A DNA stretch of 46,189 nucleotides from a plasmid: sequence record NZ_CP048628.1; one strand, written 5' to 3'. Shown here piece after piece: positions 9,148 through 16,797 of the stretch. Every line of letters begins with the position of its first letter. Positions within the stretch are counted from its first letter, which is position 1. The position numbers were made by a program, and so were the translations under genes. Below the pieces are notes generated by a model. It saw nothing but the letters and a program-made list of their open reading frames with translations, did not search any database and was not told where the DNA came from.

Positions 9148-9291
9148 ATGAAAAAAAATCTCAGAAAAATGATTGAAAAAAATCCAGATTATAAAAAATA
9201 CGGTGGTATGGATGCTGATGAAGACGTTTTAACTGCTGAAGAAATCGAAGAGTTAGAAAATGAAACTGAAGAAGATAATGCTAAGAGGTAA
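9148..9291 (+). CDS. small acidic hypothetical protein (47 aa)
   Basis: RBS gaaggagaaaagaatttgataATG; MKKNLRKMIEKNPDYKKYGGMDADEDVLTAEEIEELENETEEDNAKR. Shorter than the ORF-track cutoff. Confidence 0.25.
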   Translation: MKKNLRKMIEKNPDYKKYGGMDADEDVLTAEEIEELENETEEDNAKR

Positions 9292-9296
9292 AAATA

Positions 9297-10389
9297 ATGG
9301 CACTTCCAAAGAAAATACAAAATCAAAGAAAAGAATTAGTTGACAAAGTAGTAAAAGACATTGAAAGTGGAAAACCATTCTTTTGGGATAGTGGACACTA
9401 TGGTAAACAGCCTAGAAATCTTTTAAAAGCAATAAAAGGTGAGGATAACTATTATAAAGGTATAAATGCCATGCAACTTACAATAGCAGCTAGAGTTAAT
9501 GGATTTAAAGATAGTAGATGGGCTACATTTAAGCAGGCAGAAATGGCAGGAGGACATGTTAAAAAGGGTGCTAAAGGTACACATATAGAATATTGGCAAT
9601 ATACACAAGATGTAATGGAATTAAATCCAAAAACAGGTAAAAAAGAACCTGTTTTTGAGATAAATCCAGATACTGGAGAAAGAAAGAAAAAACAAATTAT
9701 GTTAGAGCATCCAATCGTTAAATCTTACGTCGTTTTTAATGGCGACCAGATAGAAGGCATTGAAAAAGAACAGTTACCTGTTATTAAACAAGAAGATAAA
9801 AATAAAAACATGGAAAACATGATTAAAAACAGTGAAGCTAAAATCTTTTTTTGATGAACTAAGTCAAAATTATTATTCACCTAATAAAGATGAAATACAT
9901 GTTGTCCCTAAAGAAAAGTTTAAGACTTTAGATAATTTTTACGCAACGGTAGCCCACGAGATAGCACATTCTACAGGTGCTAAAGGACGTCTTAATCGTG
10001 AAACTTTAAAAAATAATGATGGTTTTGGAAATGAAATTTATGCAAAGGAAGAACTTCGAGCAGAACTTACATCAATGTTTCTTCAACAACGTTATAATGT
10101 TAATTTTGATGAAAAGCATTATGAAAATCATGCAGCCTATCTGCAAAATTGGGCACAGGTGATAAAAAACGACCCGAACGAGATTTACAGGGCGGCCGCT
10201 GACGCCGAAAAAGCAATGAGTTATATAGAAACACGTATGATAAAGAAAAACCTTACAAAAGAGAAATCTGTGCAAAAAGAAACGGCACTTGAAAATAAGC
10301 CAGTTCAAAAGAAAATTATCAAGCAGAAAATCACAATGAAATTTGATACTCAAAAATCTAAATCAAAGGAAAGAACGCTTACAAGATAA
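9297..10389 (+). pseudogene. ardC: ArdC-like antirestriction protein (ssDNA-binding N-domain plus HExxH metalloprotease domain), split by a +1 frameshift in a T7 tract at 9846..9852
   Basis: ORF 9297..9854 (N-domain) and ORF 9832..10389 (VAHEIAHSTG = HExxH) are in adjacent frames. Deleting one T of the seven restores a single frame (..AKIFFDELSQN..). The C-terminus is KKIIKQKITMKFDTQKSKSKERTLTR. Confidence 0.6.
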
Positions 10390-10392
10390 AGA

Positions 10393-10421
10393 AAAAGGCA
10401 GTGAATAATCACTGCCTTTTT
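10393..10421. terminator. bidirectional terminator between convergent genes (aaaaaggcagtg..cactgccttttt)
   Basis: 12-bp inverted repeat with A- and T-tracts on the two sides. Confidence 0.6.
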
Positions 10422-10423
10422 CT

Positions 10424-11014
10424 TTATCTGCTCATTTCCTGGTTATTATTATCTCTGTTAGGAAACTTCATAATAATTTTCTGTTTACGTGGTTTGGATT
10501 TTTGTATATTTTGCATAGCAATTTCTTTTTCCTGTTCTAGTTGTCGTATAAGCTCCTGTTTAATTTTCTTTACATTAGGAAATAATATATTGATACGATT
10601 ATTTAAGGAATAAATTTTGTTTACTTTTCTTAATAAATCTCTTTCTAATTTATTATCTATTATAACTTTTTTACCAGAAACAACATACTGTTCTTCTATG
10701 TATTTTTCTGTAATAGGACACATATTTTGTATGAGAAACACTCTTTTTTCTCCTAAAACTTTTCCAAAATGTAAGGTATCGCAAGATTTAAATTTTTTAA
10801 TTTTATGATTATAGATATCAGTATATTTTTTTACTTTAGAAGAAATAGGTATTAACCAGTAAATATTAGGATTAACTCTATCTTTTAAAGCATAAAAACA
10901 CGGTCTACCATGTTTTTCTCCGTTTATTGTTTCATGGTTTTGCATAAGACCTTTATCTGGAAAATCTTGAAAGTATTTATTTTTTATAAAATAAAAAGTT
11001 TTTTCTTGAAGCAT
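10424..11014 (-). CDS. ToxN/AbiQ-family endoribonuclease-like toxin with an extra C-terminal tail ..KQKIIMKFPNRDNNNQEMSR
   Basis: Likely start is ATG 11014 with RBS aagga (the track extends to 11050 using a GTG). FYFIKNKYFQDF and ..IYWLIPISSKVKK.. parallel ToxN FYTISSKYIEYLKEF and ..KYLAPLTSPKK.. as I recall them. It is preceded on its strand by a promoter, tandem repeats and a terminator hairpin. Confidence 0.5.
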   Translation of the reverse strand: MLQEKTFYFIKNKYFQDFPDKGLMQNHETINGEKHGRPCFYALKDRVNPNIYWLIPISSKVKKYTDIYNHKIKKFKSCDTLHFGKVLGEKRVFLIQNMCPITEKYIEEQYVVSGKKVIIDNKLERDLLRKVNKIYSLNNRINILFPNVKKIKQELIRQLEQEKEIAMQNIQKSKPRKQKIIMKFPNRDNNNQEMSR

Positions 11015-11036
11015 AATTTTTTCCTTTATACAAATA

Positions 11037-11064
11037 AAAGCCTTATCCACAGGATAAGGCTTTT
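11037..11064 (-). terminator. hairpin (aaagccttatcc..ggataaggcttt) between the repeat array and the ToxN-like start
   Basis: Perfect 12-bp inverted repeat; on the minus strand it is followed by uauuugu. Confidence 0.5.
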
Positions 11065-11070
11065 ATAACA

Positions 11071-11171
11071 ATGTGAACCCCGACGTTTTATATCCCGCAT
11101 ATCGGGTAGCGGTAGACATGTGAACCCCGACGTTTTATATCCCGCGTATCGGGTAGCGGTAGACATGTGAA
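11071..11171 (-). repeat. tandem 47-bp repeats, 2.15 copies (array A), transcribed toward the ToxN-like gene; ToxI/AntiQ-like antitoxin RNA candidate
   Basis: Units 11071..11117 and 11118..11164 differ at one base; a partial unit follows at 11165..11171. A promoter TTTACA-16-TATAGT lies on the minus strand at about 11178..11206. Confidence 0.5.
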
Positions 11172-11196
11172 TTACTATATCTAGAATACAACATTT

Positions 11197-11343
11197 GTAA
11201 AGAAAGGTAAAGCTTTTTCTATAAACTCCACTCATTATACATCTTCTTTTCAGCAAGTTTTGTTTTATTTGTGGTCTGTTCGTTTTCTTGCCATTTTGCC
11301 CTAGATTGTTGCATGTTATCATTAACAAGATTGTCGGCAATCT
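11197..11343 (-). repeat. about 147-bp duplicated copy of the relaxase 3' end (roughly 90% identical to 11583..11729), encoding a 51-aa remnant peptide
   Basis: Remnant ORF MNTSKIADNLVNDNMQQSRAKWQENEQTTNKTKLAEKKMYNEWSL, compared with the relaxase C-terminus ..KISKIADNLVNDNMQQFRAKWQENEQTTDKTKLAEKKMYNEWSL. Confidence 0.6.
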
Positions 11344-11410
11344 TTGAAGTATTCATTTTTAAGAAAATAGAATGTACAATCTTTCATAATATACCTTTAA
11401 ATAAACTAAA

Positions 11411-11434
11411 AGCTCTATCTAAAAAGATAGAGCT
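11411..11434 (-). terminator. hairpin agctctatc..gatagagct downstream (minus sense) of repeat array B
   Basis: 9-bp perfect inverted repeat with a 6-nt loop. Confidence 0.4.
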
Positions 11435-11444
11435 ATATTTGTAT

Positions 11445-11537
11445 CCTGACCATTTAATACCCCGTCTATCAGGAAAACGGAAATATGTCGTGCCCTGACC
11501 ATTTATACTCCGTCTATCAGGAAAACGGAAATATTTG
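11445..11537 (-). repeat. tandem 48-49-bp repeats, 1.9 copies (array B), immediately downstream of the relaxase stop; orphan ToxI-like array candidate
   Basis: cctgaccatttaataccccgtctatcaggaaaacggaaatatgtcgtgc (11445..11493), repeated with three changes at 11494 onward. Confidence 0.45.
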
Positions 11538-11585
11538 TTTGTTTATTGCTATAATATAACACTTATAAAGAAAAGTAAAGTGTTT

Positions 11586-13568
11586 TTATAAACTCCACTC
11601 ATTATACATCTTCTTTTCAGCAAGTTTTGTTTTATCTGTAGTCTGCTCGTTTTCTTGCCATTTTGCCCTAAATTGTTGCATATTGTCATTAACAAGATTG
11701 TCGGCAATTTTAGAAATTTTGTCTGTAACAGACTGGTTACGTTTTTTATAAGCTTCCTGTATAATTGGGTGTTCATTTAATTTCTTTTGTAATATATTAG
11801 AATGTTCTTTGTGTGCATATAAAAAAGCAAATTCATTGCTTTTTTGAATAGAAATTTTAATGTCATTTGTTTTTAAATAATATACTGGTACTTTTCCTTG
11901 TATAATATCATCACCTATTTTTACTGCTTTATTGTTATTTTTATCAATTATAAAGTAGGTATTATTGTTATTTATAATAAATGGTAAATCTTTTAATGAA
12001 GTTATTCCATTTATTTTGTTTTTATGCTCTAATTTTGGGGAAATTTTATCGCTAAAGATTATAGTGTCTTTATCTTCTTTAGATAGTTTATCTAAAGCTG
12101 TTTTATATTTTTGTACTTGAAGCATATTGTATTTGTAACGTGCATATAAAATCTTATTTTCAGATATAGCATCTTCGTTTTCTTTTTTTAGTTGATTTAA
12201 AATAGAAGTGTATTTTTCATGGTTAGTGGTTAATTCAATTTTATAGGCACTTATACGTTTACCTATTTTTGTGCGACTTGAACTAAGCTCTTGGCTTTTT
12301 CTGCTTAAAGAGCTTAGTTCTTTTATTTTATCTGCTTTTCCATATAAAGTAGGCAAAATACTATTTATTTGTTTTAATTCTTTGGAGATTTTATCATATT
12401 GTTTTATATCTTTACTGTAATTATCATTAAACATCTTGTCTTTAGCTAATAATTCAAGGCGTTGTTCATTTAAAATATTTTTTTTGGCAGCTTTAAAAAC
12501 AGCTAAGTTTTCAGCTGCTTTTTTTTCAAATTCATTTATTTTTGTGTCTAAATGTTTGCATATATCACCAGTAGTTATTATCATAGCTTCTTGTTTAATT
12601 TCTTCGGCTTCAGCTATGGCTTTTTTAGTTTGCTGTTCTTTTTTAAGACGTAAACGTTCTTGTTGTATTTGTTTAGCTACTTGTCTTATTACTACATCAT
12701 TAGCGAATAGTTGTATTTTTTGTTCTTGAATAGATAAATTTTCTTCTTTTTCTTGTTCTATAAATCCATCTGCGGCTTCATCAGCTTTTGCATCTGTTTC
12801 ATCAATTTTTTCCATGATATGTTCTAAGATTGCAGGATTTTTATAAGCATTTCCTAGATGTGGTGCAGGTGTACGATTTAAAAGTTCGGCTTCTTCTATT
12901 TTTCCTTGTTCTATAAGTTCTTGTCTTTGAGCTTTTAAACTCTTTTCTGATATAGAAACATTAAAGCCTTTTTCCTGGAATTTATCATTTACTATGTCGG
13001 CGAAAAGCTTTCTAATATCAATAGTAGCTGTTTTTGTTGAGAAATCTCTTGATGAACGGTAACCTTTTGTAGGCTCACCAAGTTTATTTTCAGCATAATT
13101 TTTAAAATACATATCAGGTTCAAGTGGTCTATTTTTTTCAATTATTTTTTCATTAAACATCAAATGACAATGTATATTTCTATGTTCCTTTGAAAAAGTG
13201 GCTGTTTTATCATGAATAGCATAGGAATATACATGATTATCTTTTATTCCAGTTTCTTTTAAGAATTTTTCAACACATTTAATATTTTCTTCAAGGGATA
13301 ACTCTTCTTGAAGGGCAAATTTAAATTCTCTATAAGCTCTACCATTAGGTTTATTTCTGTGTTCTTCCGCTTTTTGCCAGAAATCACGTGGATTATCAGC
13401 CCATTCAGGTAAATTCCCAAAAGAAGTTATTTTTAAATCTTCTTGTCTATTTTTCATATTGGTATAATCGCCTTCACGGGAGATATAGTCATAATGGATA
13501 GCTGTATTAAGTTTCGTACCATCTTTTCTTTTGCCATGTGGTGTGTTTTCAAAATAGTAATGTGCCAT
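11586..13568 (-). CDS. mobA: MobA/MobL-family (MOBQ-type) conjugative relaxase with a long coiled-coil C-terminal region
   Basis: N-terminal Tyr motif (..LNTAIHYDYISREGDY..) and histidine triad (HDKTATFSKEHRNIHCHLMF). Confidence 0.75.
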   Translation of the reverse strand: MAHYYFENTPHGKRKDGTKLNTAIHYDYISREGDYTNMKNRQEDLKITSFGNLPEWADNPRDFWQKAEEHRNKPNGRAYREFKFALQEELSLEENIKCVEKFLKETGIKDNHVYSYAIHDKTATFSKEHRNIHCHLMFNEKIIEKNRPLEPDMYFKNYAENKLGEPTKGYRSSRDFSTKTATIDIRKLFADIVNDKFQEKGFNVSISEKSLKAQRQELIEQGKIEEAELLNRTPAPHLGNAYKNPAILEHIMEKIDETDAKADEAADGFIEQEKEENLSIQEQKIQLFANDVVIRQVAKQIQQERLRLKKEQQTKKAIAEAEEIKQEAMIITTGDICKHLDTKINEFEKKAAENLAVFKAAKKNILNEQRLELLAKDKMFNDNYSKDIKQYDKISKELKQINSILPTLYGKADKIKELSSLSRKSQELSSSRTKIGKRISAYKIELTTNHEKYTSILNQLKKENEDAISENKILYARYKYNMLQVQKYKTALDKLSKEDKDTIIFSDKISPKLEHKNKINGITSLKDLPFIINNNNTYFIIDKNNNKAVKIGDDIIQGKVPVYYLKTNDIKISIQKSNEFAFLYAHKEHSNILQKKLNEHPIIQEAYKKRNQSVTDKISKIADNLVNDNMQQFRAKWQENEQTTDKTKLAEKKMYNEWSL

Positions 13569-13614
13569 GACTATATCTCCTTTCCTCGAATATTAAAAAT
13601 CTGAAAGATTTTTT

Positions 13615-13705
13615 TACAGCGAAGCTGTCCGCGAAGCGGTTCCGGTCCAGCTGGAAGGTGGCGCATACAAAACTCAATATTTGAGTTTTGTGTAAATGCG
13701 CATTA
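13615..13705. promoter_or_regulatory. GC-rich cluster of short palindromes immediately upstream of mobA; oriT/nic candidate
   Basis: ccgcgaagcgg, ccagctgg, acaaaactcaa-tat-ttgagttttgt (11-bp arms) and aatgcgcatt, in an otherwise about 27% GC plasmid. GGAAGGTGGCGCATAC loosely resembles the MOBQ nic core as I recall it. Confidence 0.35.
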
Positions 13706-13810
13706 TCTTGTTTTATTGCATATCTCTTATTTATATTATAAAAAATTATATCTATTATGTAAATATATATTTATCATAAAAACAATATAAATTATACTTC
13801 AAAACTCAAT

Positions 13811-13860
13811 AAGTATCACATCAATTTGAATAAATAAGTATCACATCAATTTGAATAAAT
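13811..13860. repeat. 2 x 25-bp perfect tandem repeat (aagtatcacatcaatttgaataaat) between mobA and the T4SS operon; operator candidate
   Basis: Read directly; lies about 85 bp upstream of the T4SS operon start. Confidence 0.6.
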
Positions 13861-13945
13861 TTTTAAAAATATCTGATATTTTTAAAATTTAATCTTTATA
13901 TATTATCGAAAATATGATATATTCATTATAAGGAGGTGCATAATC

Positions 13946-14668
13946 TTGAACGGGGAACAGAAATTTATTCCTAGTGGAGAACCTACAGATGTTTTTGATA
14001 AAAAAAAAGGAGGTCGTTTTAAAAGCTATAGTACCTTTCAATCGGATTTATATAATTTAGCTTTAGATAAAGATGTGGCTAAAAAAAGGAATTTAATCTA
14101 TTTAATATTAATAATTATTTGTGTTATAGCTACGATTTTTGTTACAACTACAGCCAGCTATAAAACATACGTTGTTAGGGTTAATGAGGCTACTGGAGAA
14201 GTTCAAACAGGTGGCGAGTTAAAAGTAACCAATTATACACCACAAGAATCGGAAATAAGGCATTTTTTGGCAGAATTTATTTTAGATACTAGAACTATTC
14301 CACTTGACCCTATTCAATATAAAAACGGGTTAGAAAAGTCAAAATATTTCATGACTTCTGAAGCATCGCAAAAATTTAATGCTTTACTAATAAAAGATGA
14401 CCCAGTTAAGAAATTAGGACGTTCAACTATACAGCCAGAAATTCGCTCAGTACAGCTTCAACCAGGTTCTAAGAGTACTTATCAGGTGCGTTGGAGCGAA
14501 GAAGAATATTCTTTAGCTGGTGGAGCTACAGGTAAAAAGACATATTATGTAGGACTTTTTAATGTTGGTGTAGATAATAGAGGACAAAAAGAAGCGGATT
14601 TTTTAATTAATCCTTTGGGAATAAAGATTAAGGATATGAATATAAGCCGTGAAGAAGGGCAGGGATAA
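13946..14668 (+). CDS. VirB8-like T4SS inner-membrane component (bitopic, NTF2-like periplasmic part)
   Basis: TTG start with RBS taaggaggtg; single transmembrane segment LIYLILIIICVIATIFVTTTASY; first gene of the T4SS operon, immediately before the VirB9 and VirB10 homologues. Confidence 0.5.
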   Translation: MNGEQKFIPSGEPTDVFDKKKGGRFKSYSTFQSDLYNLALDKDVAKKRNLIYLILIIICVIATIFVTTTASYKTYVVRVNEATGEVQTGGELKVTNYTPQESEIRHFLAEFILDTRTIPLDPIQYKNGLEKSKYFMTSEASQKFNALLIKDDPVKKLGRSTIQPEIRSVQLQPGSKSTYQVRWSEEEYSLAGGATGKKTYYVGLFNVGVDNRGQKEADFLINPLGIKIKDMNISREEGQG

Positions 14669-14671
14669 TAC

Positions 14672-15490
14672 ATGAATACGAAAAACAAGATATTAGCGAT
14701 GACACTTGCCTTGAATTTTTGTATATTTCCGGCTTCAGCACAGCAAGCTGTTTATAACGTCAACGACGGTAAGCAAATAGCGACCGAGCTTCAGTACGAT
14801 TACTACGCAAATAGTCTATACTGTATAAACGTTAAAGTTGGTCATGTAACGGATATTATTCTGCATGAAGGGGAAAATTTTATTGGTGCTATAGGTGGAG
14901 ATACTAAACAATGGATGATTGATAAAGCTAGAGTAGGTAATGTTACACATATTTATATAAAGCCATTAGTAAATAGTGCTAGAACAGACATAATAATAAA
15001 TACAGATAAACGTTCATATCACTTTTTGATTACGGCTACAGATTATTATAATCCTATAGTCAGTTTTAATTTTCCAGAAGAAATAGTTGCACAAAAGAAA
15101 ACAGAAATAAAAAAACTTAATAAACCAACAAAAGAAGAAAAAGAATTTATGACAATTTTCACTGAAAGTAAAAACGGCGAAGTTGTTTTAAAAGATATGA
15201 ATTATAAATATAAAATTAAAGCAAATAATAAAAGATTAGCTGAAGATATATGTCCTAAGAAAGTTTTTGATGATGGAGTGCGTACTTATATTGAGATGCC
15301 AAAGAATAGATATGACCTGCCAGTTCTTTATAATGTGGACGATATGGACGATGAAAAATTGACACTTGTAAATTATAGAATTAAAGGCAAATACTATATT
15401 GCAGATAGAGTATTTAATCACGCAAGACTTCAATATACATCAAAGTTATATGTGGATATATACCCAGTAGAAGAAGGTGATAAGAAATGA
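14672..15490 (+). CDS. virB9: VirB9/TrbG-like T4SS outer-membrane core protein
   Basis: Signal peptide ..FPASAQQ; C-terminal VFDDGVRTYIEMP (the fDDG.rTy motif). Confidence 0.7.
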   Translation: MNTKNKILAMTLALNFCIFPASAQQAVYNVNDGKQIATELQYDYYANSLYCINVKVGHVTDIILHEGENFIGAIGGDTKQWMIDKARVGNVTHIYIKPLVNSARTDIIINTDKRSYHFLITATDYYNPIVSFNFPEEIVAQKKTEIKKLNKPTKEEKEFMTIFTESKNGEVVLKDMNYKYKIKANNKRLAEDICPKKVFDDGVRTYIEMPKNRYDLPVLYNVDDMDDEKLTLVNYRIKGKYYIADRVFNHARLQYTSKLYVDIYPVEEGDKK

Positions 15491-16797
15491 GTTTTAAAGA
15501 GAAAATAGAGAACCTTTTTCATAGAAATAAAAAGAAATCTGATGATGAGCTTATAAATGAGGAACTTTCTGAAGGTGATATGGGGGAAATAAATTTTGAA
15601 GATGTTTCGACTGAAGATGAGGTTAAAACATTACAAAAAAAGAAAATAATGATTGTTGGTGGTGTTATTGCTGTTGTTGCTATAGCGGCAGTTGTAAGTA
15701 ATGCAATGACAAATAAAAAAGTACAACAACAAAATAGACCTCTTAGTTCTGCTGGTATAGCAGTTAGTCCTGCACAAGCATTGCCAGATAAATATTCAGA
15801 TATAGCAAAATATAATAAGGATAGTGAAGAAGAAAAAAAATTAAGAAAAGATGAAATAAGAGGAAAATCTGATACTAAAACTGCAACTAATGGTGTGGTT
15901 ACAAAACAACAGGTAAATTCTAGTGGTAATAGTGGAACAGGGGCAACAACAAAAAATGATGCGAAGGTTGTTTATGTTAAACCTAGTAATAATTCTGTAA
16001 GTAACATTAACTCTTTTGATAAAGAACAACAAAAAGTTGAAGCTGAAGCTGAAGCAAAAAGAGAAGCCATGATTAGTAGTTCATTAGCATTTGCAATAGC
16101 AAGTGATATAGCAAATGGAAAACCTATTAAGGAAGTAGTAAGCGATAACATAAATGCTTCTACTGTTTCTACTGAATATGATAATTATAATGATGATAAT
16201 TTTGTAAATTATGGTATAAGTTATACATTAAATGCAGGAACTGTTATTCCAGCAACGCTTTTAACTGGAATAACATCTGATGTTCCATGTGGTGATGTTG
16301 TAGCACAAATAAGACAAGATGTTTATGATAGTTTAACTGGTACACATCTTTTAATACCGCAAGGAAGCCGTTTAATTGGTACTTCTGGTCAGGCTGGAAG
16401 TCGTGGTAATAAAAGAATAGGTGTTATATTTACTAGAATAATTTTACCAAGTGGAGTATCTATTATTTTGCCAGACCAGAAAGCCATAGATGGTGTGGGA
16501 TATCCTGGTCTTGAAGATGAATATACAGAACATAAAGGAGCAGCCTATGGTAGTGCTTTTATGGCTGCACTTTTAGGAGCTGCGGCACAATCAGCAACAG
16601 GAAATACATCAGGTGATGATGAAAGAAGTCCTGGACAAGAGGCAGTGAGTGGAGCTGTTGCAGAAATTCTCCGCACGGGAGAAAAATTTGTTGACCGTGA
16701 ACTTGAAAAACAGCCAACAATAACTATTAATCCTGGTTTTCAGTTTAGTGTGTTTATAAATCAGGATTTGAATTTAGGTGAGTACAATGATTTTTAA
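15487..16797 (+). CDS. virB10: VirB10/TrbI-like T4SS core protein
   Basis: N-terminal transmembrane segment IMIVGGVIAVVAIAAVV and a C-terminal barrel domain (GTVIPATLLTGITSD..LLIPQGSRLIGTSGQ..VIFTRIILPSGVSIIL). Confidence 0.8.
   Translation: MSFKEKIENLFHRNKKKSDDELINEELSEGDMGEINFEDVSTEDEVKTLQKKKIMIVGGVIAVVAIAAVVSNAMTNKKVQQQNRPLSSAGIAVSPAQALPDKYSDIAKYNKDSEEEKKLRKDEIRGKSDTKTATNGVVTKQQVNSSGNSGTGATTKNDAKVVYVKPSNNSVSNINSFDKEQQKVEAEAEAKREAMISSSLAFAIASDIANGKPIKEVVSDNINASTVSTEYDNYNDDNFVNYGISYTLNAGTVIPATLLTGITSDVPCGDVVAQIRQDVYDSLTGTHLLIPQGSRLIGTSGQAGSRGNKRIGVIFTRIILPSGVSIILPDQKAIDGVGYPGLEDEYTEHKGAAYGSAFMAALLGAAAQSATGNTSGDDERSPGQEAVSGAVAEILRTGEKFVDRELEKQPTITINPGFQFSVFINQDLNLGEYNDF

Noticed and set aside
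11026-11340. 104-aa minus-strand ORF (MPTILLMITCNN..), and the similar 11549..11776 ORF
   Set aside because: These are out-of-frame readings through the duplicated relaxase 3' end and the repeat array; the in-frame remnant is only 51 aa.
11271-11498. 75-aa plus-strand ORF spanning the relaxase-remnant and array B region
   Set aside because: It crosses repeat and hairpin elements and has no RBS; the minus-strand features explain this DNA.
11071-11537. A CRISPR array, as an explanation for the tandem repeats
   Set aside because: Only about two copies per array; the repeats are directly adjacent with no spacers, 47-49 bp long, and no cas genes are present. A ToxI-like or iteron interpretation fits better.
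12436-12729. ORF on the plus strand inside the relaxase gene
   Set aside because: Antisense to a confidently called gene and Ser/Cys/Phe-rich low complexity; an artefact of the Lys/Glu-rich coiled-coil region on the other strand.
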